Shown here piece after piece: positions 9,763 to 18,640 of a stretch of DNA of 64,000 bases. Source of the stretch: Candidatus Hydrogenedentota bacterium (GTDB lineage Bacteria; Hydrogenedentota; Hydrogenedentia; Hydrogenedentales; SLHB01); assembly GCA_963745075.1 (NCBI GenBank), contig CAVUWV010000031.1:138251-202250 (forward strand), written 5' to 3'. Numbering within the stretch: position 1 is the stretch's first letter; each line of letters starts with the position of its first letter. The position numbers and the translations under genes are program-made. The notes under the pieces were generated by a model, which searched no databases, had not been told where the DNA came from, and worked only from the letters and a program-made list of their open reading frames with translations.

Positions 9763-10873
9763 GGCTCCCCTTTCCGACCGCGGCCAGCACCTCCTCCGCG
9801 GCGCGTCGGCTGGCGCCGGGATCGCCGAGACGATCCCGGACAGTTTGCAGTTCGTTCACCATCTCCGTACGGGCCGGGCCGTCGTCGAGGAGTTCGAGCG
9901 CGACGGGCAAGATATTGCGGACTGTGGCCTCGTGCTGCACGAATTCCGGCACGATGCGTTTCCCAGCAAGGATGTTCACCATTCCGATGTGATCCACCCG
10001 AACCAGCAGACGCGCCAACCAGTAGGTAATCGGCGCCACGCGATAGAGAATCACCATGGGAACGCCAAAGAGCGTCGTTTCGACTGTGGCAGTGCCGGAG
10101 GCTACGAGACAGAACCGGGCACCATCCAGCACTTCGTAGGTCTTGCCAATGACAGTCTCCACAGGGAAGTCACCGGCGATGCCGCGAATTTGCGCTTCAC
10201 GGGCCTCGTCCACGCAGGGAACGACAAAATGCGCGTCGGGATGTTTCTCCTTAATGCCGCGCGCCACATCAATCATCGTGCCGAGCAACCGGCCAATCTC
10301 CTGTTCGCGGCTGCCGGGCAGGAGGCCGATGACCAGCCCCTCTCGGTAGAGTCCTTCGATGGGTGTCGCGGCGATATGGTCCAACAAAGGATGGCCCACA
10401 AACGTGCAATCGACGCCGACCGCTTCGTACAGCCGCTTTTCAAAGGGCAGGATTACGAGCACTTTGCGGACGATCCGGGCGATGGTGAACACCCGGCCCC
10501 GTTTCCAGGCCCAGACCTGGGGGCTGATATACCAGACCACGGGGATATCGAGCATCGCGGCCCGCTTGGCGATCTGAATGTTGAACCCGGGATAGTCGAT
10601 GACCACCAGGCCGTCGGGCGCCTCGTATTCGAAGCCGCGCACGGTTTCGACGTAGAGGCGTTTGAAGAAGGCGAAGTGTTTCACCACTTCGATGAACCCC
10701 ATGATGGCGTTGCTGGCGAGGTCATGCCGCAGTTCCATGCCGGCGGCTTTCATCCGTTTCCCGCCCAGCCCGACACATTGGACCTCCGGGTCCAGTTCGC
10801 GAAGGGCGTGAATGAGGTTGGCGCCGTGAAGGTCGCCCGACGATTCGCCGGCTGAAAAGAAGATACGCGTCAC
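9755..10873 (-). CDS. lpxB: Lipid-A-disaccharide synthase
   Basis: 'RIFFSAGESSGDLHGANLIHALR' GT19 N-terminus. I place the start at GTG 10873, which forms a GTGA start/stop overlap with the upstream oxidoreductase; the longest ORF start 10972 adds an Arg-rich tail. The 3' end overlaps the polA start by 8 nt. Confidence 0.9.
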   Translation of the reverse strand: MTRIFFSAGESSGDLHGANLIHALRELDPEVQCVGLGGKRMKAAGMELRHDLASNAIMGFIEVVKHFAFFKRLYVETVRGFEYEAPDGLVVIDYPGFNIQIAKRAAMLDIPVVWYISPQVWAWKRGRVFTIARIVRKVLVILPFEKRLYEAVGVDCTFVGHPLLDHIAATPIEGLYREGLVIGLLPGSREQEIGRLLGTMIDVARGIKEKHPDAHFVVPCVDEAREAQIRGIAGDFPVETVIGKTYEVLDGARFCLVASGTATVETTLFGVPMVILYRVAPITYWLARLLVRVDHIGMVNILAGKRIVPEFVQHEATVRNILPVALELLDDGPARTEMVNELQTVRDRLGDPGASRRAAEEVLAAVGKGSHG

Positions 10874-11856
10874 GGGTGCTCCCGGATCGAATCGACCACT
10901 TGCTGCGCGATCGTCAGTGCCTCGAGTGCGTCCTCGCCGGATACGACCGGGCGTCGCCGCTCCCGGACGCATTGAACGAACGACGCGAGTTCGAGTTTGA
11001 GCGGCTCGTCTTTATGCACGTCAAGGGGTTCGACCGTGATGAGGTCCATGGGCGTCATATCCTCTTCCAGTGGACCGGGTTTCTTGCGGTACACCAGCAC
11101 TTCCTGCGCGCTGTAATCGGTGGAAACATAGCTGTCCCGCGCGAAAATCCGGATCTTTCGCATCCGCTCGACGGAGACTCGGCTGCAGGTGATGTTTGCC
11201 ACGCAGCCCGAGGCGAAGCGGATCCGGGCGTTGGCGATGTCTTCGAATTTGGAAAAGACGGGCACGCCGACGGCATCTACGGCGGTTACGGGTTCTCCGA
11301 CGAGGGACCGGACAATTTCGAGGTCGTGAATCATCAGGTCCAGTACGACGCTCACGTCATCACCCCGGTTCGGATAGGGGCTCAGCCGGTGACATTCGAT
11401 AAACTTGGGTTCGCGTACGGAATTGAACAGGGCCACGACCGCGCCGTTAAACCGCTCGATATGCCCCACCTGGAGGAGCCGGCCGTGCGACTCGGCGGAG
11501 GCCACCATGCGCTGGGCCTCGTCGATCGTCGTTGCGATCGGTTTCTCGACCAAAACGTCCACGCCGGACTCGAGGAATTGGACGGTCACATCATGGTGCG
11601 CGACGGTCGGCACGACCACCGACACGGCATCGACGCCGGCGCGGATCAATTCATTGACGGCGCCGAACGCGGGCGTGTCAAAATCCTTCGCGGCCTTTCC
11701 GCGGCGGTCCGAATCCGTATCCACAACGCCGGCGAGCGCCACATCTTCCAGTGCCGCATAGTTGCGTGCGTGATGGTAACCAAGGTGTCCAACGCCGACG
11801 ACACCGACGCGTAGGGGAGTCATGCAAGAAACCCTTCGGGATGAATGCCGGGCCAT
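10870..11856 (-). CDS. Gfo/Idh/MocA-family NAD-dependent oxidoreductase embedded in the lpx operon (possible GnnA-like UDP-GlcNAc 3-dehydrogenase)
   Basis: Rossmann 'LRVGVVGVGHLGYHHARNY' and 'VDVLVEKPIATT' (EKP motif). An alternative start at ATG 11823 ('MTPLRVGVVG') is more likely. The gene sits between lpxA and lpxB and is translationally coupled to lpxB. Confidence 0.8.
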   Translation of the reverse strand: MARHSSRRVSCMTPLRVGVVGVGHLGYHHARNYAALEDVALAGVVDTDSDRRGKAAKDFDTPAFGAVNELIRAGVDAVSVVVPTVAHHDVTVQFLESGVDVLVEKPIATTIDEAQRMVASAESHGRLLQVGHIERFNGAVVALFNSVREPKFIECHRLSPYPNRGDDVSVVLDLMIHDLEIVRSLVGEPVTAVDAVGVPVFSKFEDIANARIRFASGCVANITCSRVSVERMRKIRIFARDSYVSTDYSAQEVLVYRKKPGPLEEDMTPMDLITVEPLDVHKDEPLKLELASFVQCVRERRRPVVSGEDALEALTIAQQVVDSIREHP

Positions 11857-11901
11857 ACGCCCAGGGCAATTGACGCTGCCGTATTGCTTCGTATTTGCGA
11901 A

Positions 11902-12691
11902 CTACTTCGTAATGCCACGAATGGAATTCTGAACAAAATCAATGAAGTGGGTCCGTTCCGGGCACTCGTCGACGGACGCTTCGATTTCATAGATCGCCTG
12001 CGTCGTATTCAGGGTTGACCGGAACATGATTTTGTATATGGTCTTGATACTGGATCGCGCTTCGTCGGACACTCCGTTTCGCTGGAGCCCACGGGTGTTG
12101 GGCCCGCAACACCGGGCCGGGTTTCCATCCACGATCATGAAGGGTGCAACGTCATGCCACACGCGACTCAGCCCGCCAATCATCGCCATCTTGCCGACGG
12201 CACAGAACTGATGGATGGCGCTGAGCCCGCCGATGATGGCGCAGTCTTCGACCTTCACATGTCCGGCCAAGGCGACGCAGTTCGCAAGGATGACGTTGCT
12301 GCCAACGTCGCAATCATGTCCGACGTGCGCGCAGGTCATGATGAGGCAATCGTCGCCGATGCTGGTGATACGGTGCTCGTCTTCATAGCTGCTCATCGTG
12401 CTCGCGCTGATGGTGGCGTGTTCGCGAATCACGTTGCGGTCTCCGATCTCCAGGCGCCCGACAAATTCGCTTTTCTGCTTGAGATCCTGCGAGACGACGC
12501 CGACCTGAGCGCCGGAGTAGAGGCGATTGCCCTGGCCCAAAACGGTACGGCCATCGATGACACAATGGGGACCCACCGACGGTCCCGGATCCGATACGTA
12601 CCTGCGCTCCGATGATGCTGTACGCCTGAATCTCGACATCGTCGGCCAACTCGGCGTTGCCATCGACGATCGCTGTCGGATGAATGCTCAT
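11902..12691 (-). pseudogene. lpxA: Acyl-ACP--UDP-GlcNAc O-acyltransferase LpxA, interrupted by one extra nucleotide (~12577)
   Basis: N-terminus '[38 protein letters not shown]' (ATG 12691) lies in one frame. '[26 protein letters not shown]...' continues to stop 11902 in the +1 frame. Removing one G in GTC-G-GTG-GGT restores a 262-aa hexapeptide-repeat LpxA. Confidence 0.85.
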
Positions 12692-13116
12692 GCGATGTGT
12701 CACTTCCGCCCTCGCTCCCGAGGCTTTTGGACGCACGTCACGATCCGTCGTTCACTGGATTGCCCGCAACACTGGACCCTGGCCGAGGTCGATGAACCGT
12801 GGCGAATATCGTGCGCACTTACCACCCGCCCCGTGGTACCGCGTGCGGGTTCATGGGGTTTGGTCCTCGCCGTCACTTTGTCCCGAACTCGGCATATCGT
12901 CGCTGCACCAGAAGACGATGTTCAGGATGGATGGTACCCCAGAGGTGTTAGGGATAGCACAATCGGGGTTGGAAATCAAGCGAGCCGCGCGATTTACGGG
13001 CTACGCGTCCCGGGGTGAGAGGGCGACCTCGCCCTTCAAAGCAGCGTTGGTTCGGGCATCGTGTCGAACCGACCGTGGGCCCGGGCGCCTCCATGCTTCC
13101 GGGCCCGCGGCGGTGG

Positions 13117-14268
13117 CTATTTGATGATGGGGAATTTCAGGACGAACTCGGCGCCTTCGTACTCGTTCTCACTGAGTACGACTTCGCCATTATGACGCCG
13201 CATAATGTTCTTTACCGCGGCCAACCCAAGGCCCGTACCGCCCTTGCCCTTGGTGGAGTAGAACGTATCGAAGATCTTGGTGCGGTTTTCCTCGGGAATA
13301 CCCGGGCCCGTGTCTCCGACGGCGACACAAATATAGTCCGGGTCGCGCCAGGTCCGGATGAGGATCTCCCGGGGCGGGGCCTGGCCATCCATCGCCTGGC
13401 AGGCGTTGGTAATCAGATTCAATACGGCTTGCCGCATCAGTACGAAATCCCCTTCACACAGGGGGATATGCTGTTCGAGTTCGCGATTCACTTTGACCGC
13501 CATCTTTTGCATGAGCGGCATACTTACCGTGAGGCACGTTTCCACCACATCGTTGATGTTCAGAATGGAGAACCGTTGGGTTTCGTGGCGCAGAAAGTTC
13601 ATGGCGGACCGAACGATATCCGTGCAGAGACCGATTTGGCCGTGCATCATCTGCAAACGGTCGGGAGTCGGCACGACTTCCGGGCGGTTGAGAATCATCT
13701 CGAGTTGACCGGTAATCACGGCCAACGGCGTACCCAAATCGTGAAGCATGCCGGATACAAACCTGCCCAGCGTCTCGAACCGGTTGGCTTCCATGGCCAG
13801 TTCTTCCATGCGCCGCCGTTCCAATTCCTTCTCGCGTTTGTCCAGCCCTTCTTCGACGTGCCGGAGCATGACCTTCGCGTCGAATGGTTTTACGATGTAG
13901 GCCAGCGCGCCGTACTCGACGGCGTTCATGGCCGAATCCAGTTCGCCGAACCCGGTCAGGATAATTACTTCGGTTTCGGGGAACTTGGTCTTGGTCCAGC
14001 GCAATAATTCGACACCGGATTGTTTGGGCATGCGGAGGTCGGTGATTACGAGATCGACCGGTTCGGATCGCAGCACTTGTTGCGCTTTCGATACATCCTC
14101 CGCGATGAGAACTTCATGGTCTGCTTTCAGGAGCATTCGGAGGGCCTGCCGCGGCCCGTTTTCGTCGTCGACGATCAGAATTCTCCCGCGAATAGCCTGC
14201 TTTGAAATCGGTCCCATTTCTCTACCCATCCCCAGCGTTTCCGGAGCCGCAACCGTTAGGATACCCAT
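13117..14268 (-). CDS. Hybrid response-regulator receiver / histidine kinase
   Basis: Receiver 'RILIVDDENGPRQ...DLVITDLRMPKQSG', H-box 'MLHDLGTPLAVITGQ', ATPase boxes 'NLITNACQAM', 'DTGPGIPEE', 'GGTGLGLAAV'. Confidence 0.9.
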   Translation of the reverse strand: MGILTVAAPETLGMGREMGPISKQAIRGRILIVDDENGPRQALRMLLKADHEVLIAEDVSKAQQVLRSEPVDLVITDLRMPKQSGVELLRWTKTKFPETEVIILTGFGELDSAMNAVEYGALAYIVKPFDAKVMLRHVEEGLDKREKELERRRMEELAMEANRFETLGRFVSGMLHDLGTPLAVITGQLEMILNRPEVVPTPDRLQMMHGQIGLCTDIVRSAMNFLRHETQRFSILNINDVVETCLTVSMPLMQKMAVKVNRELEQHIPLCEGDFVLMRQAVLNLITNACQAMDGQAPPREILIRTWRDPDYICVAVGDTGPGIPEENRTKIFDTFYSTKGKGGTGLGLAAVKNIMRRHNGEVVLSENEYEGAEFVLKFPIIK

Positions 14269-14309
14269 GGTTTTTCAACCCCCTGCGTTACAAGTCGGGC
14301 TAGTTAGGA

Positions 14310-14324
14310 GCAAGATAGGTGCCA
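14310..14324 (-). promoter_or_regulatory. sigma54 (-24/-12) promoter TGGCAC-N5-TTGC driving the RR-HK gene
   Basis: The minus strand reads TTGGCACCTATCTTGCT (reverse complement of 14310-14325), ~42 nt upstream of ATG 14268. It matches the consensus TGGCAC-N5-TTGCW exactly. Confidence 0.75.
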
Positions 14325-14390
14325 ATGTGTCAACAATTTGTCAAGTCGGTTTATGTTAACTCTTTACAACTGTCAATTTGACGAAGAATC

Positions 14391-14446
14391 TGTACATTTT
14401 TGTACAGCAATCACCAAAACACGGATTCCCTGTACATTTTTGTACA
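14391..14446. promoter_or_regulatory. Two identical enhancer-like sites TGTACATTTTTGTACA (TGT-N10-ACA), 40 bp apart
   Basis: The exact 17-nt repeat CTGTACATTTTTGTACA occurs at 14390-14406 and 14430-14446, about 70-120 bp upstream of the -24 element. Each copy fits the TGT-N10-ACA dyad used by NifA/NtrC-type activators. Confidence 0.65.
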
Positions 14447-14552
14447 AACGAAATCGCCCGGAAGAAGTATGCATATCGGTGTAAGGGACAGGGAGCTATT
14501 ACTTTTTGGGGACCACCGGTTTCCGGTTCGGGACCGGCTGCCAAAAAGAGGC

Positions 14553-14581
14553 TTGCAGTTTACGAAGCGCTGTGGTTAAAT
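14553..14581 (+). promoter_or_regulatory. Candidate sigma70-type promoter (TTGCAG-17-TTAAAT with TG extension)
   Basis: TTGCAG (14553-14558), a 17-nt spacer, then TTAAAT (14576-14581) preceded by TGG. The same TGTGGTTAAAT string recurs at the OmpA-like promoter. Confidence 0.3.
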
Positions 14582-14616
14582 AGCGTCTTCGCCGTTCCAA
14601 TGGAGCGGACGAGAAA

Positions 14617-14802
14617 ATGCAAACAAGAGTGTTAGAACGAGAACCGACGGGAAAACGTGATATGGGCAGCATATTCAAACATGCCGACGCGCAACACGCC
14701 GTGAAGCACGGGGTAGCGTGGTGCACCATGTCCACGTTTATTCGTGGCGTGGCCCGAGTACCCGCCTGCGGTTCTCGTCTCGAGGTGCAGCTATTGACGT
14801 AG
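14617..14802 (+). CDS. Small hypothetical ORF (61 aa, or 46 aa from ATG 14662) or non-coding transcript
   Basis: This is the only plus-strand ORF between the candidate promoter (14553) and a strong terminator (14834-14876). It has no recognisable motif and a weak RBS. Confidence 0.25.
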   Translation: MQTRVLEREPTGKRDMGSIFKHADAQHAVKHGVAWCTMSTFIRGVARVPACGSRLEVQLLT

Positions 14803-14833
14803 CGACTTAGAGAAAAAAGCTCAAACAAACCGA

Positions 14834-14876
14834 GCGCCGCAGGCGAGAATCCACCGCCTGCGGCGCTTTTACTTTT
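14834..14876 (+). terminator. Rho-independent terminator
   Basis: 12-bp GC-rich stem GCGCCGCAGGCG / CGCCTGCGGCGC with a 9-nt loop, followed by TTTTACTTTT. Confidence 0.75.
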
Positions 14877-15078
14877 CGAGTATGCAATCTTTTTTTGGGC
14901 GGTTCCGGGTGGTCCGGGGCCGAGTCAATAACCACAAGGAGACGCAGCATGAAATTCCGACATCACGACGCCGTGCTCATTACGGTGCCCCGCTGGGGCA
15001 AGCGAATGTGCACGAACCGATCCCAATTATCCGGTGATAACGAAAACTCAAGACGATGTAGAAAAGGAGAGTCCAGTC

Positions 15079-15510
15079 ATGGCACGGTTCAATGCGGAGT
15101 TCTGGGAGATTCCAACTCAGTCCGCCTATCTCGATAATATTCCGTCCGAGCGGGCCTTGTGGTTTGAGACAGATGAAGACCGCGAGCGGCGGTACGCACT
15201 GCACGATTTCTTCCGCAGCGTGTTGCCGTTCGTGAAAGACATCATCGATGCAAAATTGACGGCGCGACAGCGCGAGGTTTTGCGTCTGTATTACTTCTGC
15301 AACAAAACGCAGGAGGACATCGCCGCGATGCTGAACTTGTCGCAGTCGACGGTCAGCCGGCACCTGTTCGGAACCGTCCGCAATGGGAAGAAGGTCGGCG
15401 GGGCACTTCCCAAGCTCCGGCGTGCCATTGAGGAACGGGATCATGTGCCGATCCATTCGGCACTGGCCCAGTTGCGGACGCGCTTCGACGAAGCGACGGT
15501 CGCTGCATGA
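15079..15510 (+). CDS. Small sigma-70 region-4-type HTH protein (sigma-factor-like / LuxR-type DNA-binding protein)
   Basis: 143 aa from ATG 15079, with RBS AAGGAGA 8 nt upstream. 'LTARQREVLRLYYFCNKTQEDIAAMLNLSQSTVSRHL' is a region-4 helix-turn-helix. Confidence 0.7.
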   Translation: MARFNAEFWEIPTQSAYLDNIPSERALWFETDEDRERRYALHDFFRSVLPFVKDIIDAKLTARQREVLRLYYFCNKTQEDIAAMLNLSQSTVSRHLFGTVRNGKKVGGALPKLRRAIEERDHVPIHSALAQLRTRFDEATVAA

Positions 15511-15750
15511 AGCGGCTGACGGCACGCAATACGTGCGTAATGCGGATAGTGGCAGCCGGAGAAGGCGCCCGGACGTGCAGGTAACACGATACGGGACCCG
15601 CGGTACCGTAAAGTGAATGCTTGTAAGCGCCGGGCGCCTTTGATACACTGGAGTCCGGACACAAAACCGTGTACGGGTGGGGTACCGGGTGCGAGACCCC
15701 GGCGCAGGAGCCTTACACGTACAACTGTCAGTGGGTTATCGCTGCCCAAC

Positions 15751-15779
15751 TTGACAGCGTGGGGTCTTTGTGGTTAAAT
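15751..15779 (+). promoter_or_regulatory. sigma70-type promoter TTGACA-17-TTAAAT (extended -10)
   Basis: TTGACA (15751-15756), a 17-nt spacer, then TGG-TTAAAT (15774-15779), ~48 nt upstream of the OmpA-like start. Confidence 0.5.
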
Positions 15780-15826
15780 GTAGACTACCATGGATTTTAG
15801 TAAGCGGAACTAAGGAGACGACCACA

Positions 15827-16504
15827 ATGAAAAAACTACTGATTGGGGTAGTGGCGGTCATGCTGGTTGCCGGAAGCGCAACCGCTGCTACCTGCGGACC
15901 CAAGACCTGGGACGACATGTCCTGGTGGGGCAACACGGGCGCGACGCCCGAGCCGTATCCGGATCAAGGCGCGGCTGGATGCCCCGACTCGACCGCCCGG
16001 TCCTGCTATTGGTGGTGGCCGCAAGAGCCCGACACCAACAGCGGCGACACGGAACTGTGGGGTAACCGAGGCGTTATTTATCACTGCTGGGAAAAACCCC
16101 CGATGCCGCCTCCGCCGCCACCCCCGCCGCCTCCGCCGCCTCCCGTGGTACAGCGTACGGCGATCGTGCTCAACAACGTCTTGTTTGATTTCGACAAGGC
16201 CGTGTTGAAGCCGGAAGGCAAAGCGGAAGTGGACAAGCTGATCAATGAAATGAAAGCCCATCCTGGCGACACGGTCGAGATCGAAGGGCATACGTGCGAC
16301 CTCGGCAGTGAAGAGTACAACATGGGTCTTGGTCAGCGCCGTGCGGATGCTGTGAAGAGCTACATGGTTGAGAGCGGCATTGCCGCCGACCGCATCACGA
16401 CGAAGAGCTACGGTGAAACCCAGCCGGCCGTGCCGAATGACGGGCCGGCGAACCGGAAGCTGAACCGGCGTGCGGTGTTCAACATCACGCTCGGCAGTGA
16501 ATAA
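15827..16504 (+). CDS. OmpA-family peptidoglycan-binding protein with a Trp/Cys-rich N-domain and poly-proline linker
   Basis: RBS AAGGAGA precedes ATG 15827. Signal peptide 'MKKLLIGVVAVMLVAGSATA', linker 'PPMPPPPPPPPPPPPP', OmpA_C 'VLFDFDKAVLKPEGKAEVDKLI...IEGHTCDLGSEEYNMGLGQRRADAV...NRRAVF'. Confidence 0.92.
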   Translation: MKKLLIGVVAVMLVAGSATAATCGPKTWDDMSWWGNTGATPEPYPDQGAAGCPDSTARSCYWWWPQEPDTNSGDTELWGNRGVIYHCWEKPPMPPPPPPPPPPPPPVVQRTAIVLNNVLFDFDKAVLKPEGKAEVDKLINEMKAHPGDTVEIEGHTCDLGSEEYNMGLGQRRADAVKSYMVESGIAADRITTKSYGETQPAVPNDGPANRKLNRRAVFNITLGSE

Positions 16505-16529
16505 CCCTTAGCGAACTGAAATCCTGCAA

Positions 16530-16567
16530 ACCGCCCCGGTGTGCAACCCACCGGGGCGGTTTTTTTG
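16530..16567 (+). terminator. Rho-independent terminator of the OmpA-like gene
   Basis: 12-bp stem ACCGCCCCGGTG / CACCGGGGCGGT with a 7-nt loop, followed by TTTTTTTG. Confidence 0.85.
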
Positions 16568-16914
16568 TTCGGTCGAAGGCTGGAGGTGGCTGGTTTTCTG
16601 CCTGCTGACGCAGCGACTGCAACATGAATCGAGGTTTTCGGCCGTCATTCACACAGCCGGGGGCGGCTGTGCCACACAACTCACTCCAAAGATTTGGTTT
16701 CGGCCCGCACTGATCAGTTCTTCCAAGACCTGGAACGAGAAGCCTGCGGACTGATACTAGACAAGCGAGTGTGGGATAGCCGCCCCCGTCTTCTTGGGTG
16801 CCATCGCACGCGACCCTTCTATGCGTCGATCGGGACAGTCCGTTGATCCATCGTGTCGTGAAATCGGTTACACTCGGGATCTGTGACCCGGCTTCGGACT
16901 GAAAGGAGTCCTCC

Positions 16915-18556
16915 ATGTCCCGAAGACTCATCGCAACCACCACATTGGCTATCACTGTTGTTCTGCTTCCGGCCTACGCCGACCCCCTCGACGACGCAGC
17001 CCGAAATGGCGCGCAAGCTCAGGAAGCGTTGCAACGCAGCAAGCGCGTCATGGACGCGTGGCTGGCCCGGGCGGACCCGATCACCGGTCTGCTTCAACGC
17101 CGGGGCACGCAGGACGTGTGGTACGTGCGGGATTCGGCAGCGGACCTGTACCCCTTTCTCGTCATGGCGGCGTACTACACGGATCGCCCCACCTACGACA
17201 CAACGATGAGCGCCATCCTGCGGAACGAATTGCGCTATTCGCGGCGCGTCGGCCAGTTGCCGGATAACGTCCCATTCGGTGGGCAAGGCTTCGAAGAATC
17301 CCGAAATCGACATGGACGAAATCCTCTTCGGCAATTGCGAGTACGTAAAGGATGGGCTGCTGCCGTTGTCGGAACTGCTCGGACATGGCCAATGGTACAT
17401 TCGAATGCGAGGGATCACGGATGACATCATCGCGTACGCGCCGTACGACACACCTTTCGGGAAGATGCCGTCGGTAAGCGCCGAAGTGAACGGAGAGCTG
17501 TTGCAGGCGTTGGTCCGTCTCGCGTACGCCACGAACGACCCTTCGTACATCGATCAGGCCATCCGCATCGGCGATTTCTACTTCCAGGAAGTGATTCCAC
17601 GGTCGAACGGTCTCCCCCATCTGTGGGACCTCGACGCGAGAAGACCCGCGTCAGACAAGTTCGTCCTCGCCGATCATGGCAATGAGATTCTCGGGGGCCT
17701 CTCCGAACTCGTCATGTATACCAAAGAGACCAAGAACCCGGCCTACGAACGGTTCCGGGAACCCTTCACACGACTGGTCCACCAACTGCTCGATGTGGGT
17801 CTGAACGCGGACGGGCTGTTTTACACGTCCATCGCATTGGATACGTACGAACCGGTCGATGCGCGTCACGCCCACTGCTGGGGCTACCTCTTCAATGGCG
17901 TGTATACCGCCTACCTCATCACGGGGGAGGCGCGGTTTCGCGACGCCACGCTCCACGCGCTCACGAAGGTTGTCGAGAAACCGACGACCTACCTGGACGA
18001 CCCGGAGGGCAGCGGGCGCAACTATGGTTCCGATGCCTACTCGGACGCCCTGGAAAGCGCTATCGTGTTTCGCAACCGCTTCCCGGAGATCGTGGACGAG
18101 GGAGTGCTCGACACCTGCGTGAAGCGCTTCCTTGCGCGGCAGCGGGAAGACGGCATCATCGAGGACTGGTATGGCGACGGCAACTACGTTCGCACAGCGC
18201 TGATGTACGCCCTGATGAAGTCGCAGGGCACGTGGGCGGAACCATGGCGGGACGATCTCAGATTGGGTGCGGTACCGGACGGAGACGGCGTGCTGATCGC
18301 GGTTGGCGCCGATCGGCCCTGGGAAGGCCGGATTCGCTTCGACGTGCCGCGGCACCGCTACGTCTTCAACATGCCGGTGAACTATCCGCGTCTGAACGAA
18401 TGGCCGGAATGGTTCACGGTGGAGTTGGATCAACTTTATGCCGTCACCATGGATGGCAACGAGTTCATTCGAAGCGGCGGCGAGTTGGCTCAGGGATTGC
18501 CGGTGACGATGGCCGGGCGGGCGGTCATTGCGGTACATAACGCAAAGACGCAATGA
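16915..18556 (+). pseudogene. Secreted hypothetical protein (~545 aa) split by a +1 frameshift
   Basis: ORF 16915-17424 carries a signal peptide ('MSRRLIATTTLAITVVLLPAYA') and is protein-like up to '...LPDNVPFGGQGFE'. ORF 17279-18556 has no signal peptide and no convincing start, and lies in the +1 frame. Both frames are open over 17210-17424; the join is probably near 17296. Confidence 0.65.
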
Positions 18557-18640
18557 CGCCAAGCCGCAAGGAGTCCACGCCATGGTGTTTTTTTGTTAAA
18601 TAGCATTGTAATTTCTTGACGTTTTGAATAGAATGTCTGC

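Noticed and set aside
7051-10855. Long plus-strand ORFs (7051-7845, 8989-10029, 9665-10855) opposite polA and lpxB
   Set aside because: They are antisense shadows typical of high-GC DNA, with low-complexity Arg/Gly/Pro/His-rich translations and no motifs. The minus-strand genes are unambiguous.
12692-12940. Possible fabZ remnant upstream of lpxA ('HPEHRLLVQRRYAEFGTK' weakly recalls 'LPHRYPFLLVDR..EF..GK')
   Set aside because: The similarity is short and interrupted by stops in all frames. The space (~245 nt to lpxA) is too small for FabZ, and no GHFP or PGVL motifs were found.
14949-15137. 62-codon ORF with a strong RBS (AAGGAGA) upstream of, and overlapping, the sigma-like gene; possibly its true N-terminus via another +1 error
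   Set aside because: The downstream ATG 15079 has its own strong RBS. Neither frame shows recognisable homology in the overlap, so I cannot decide from sequence alone.
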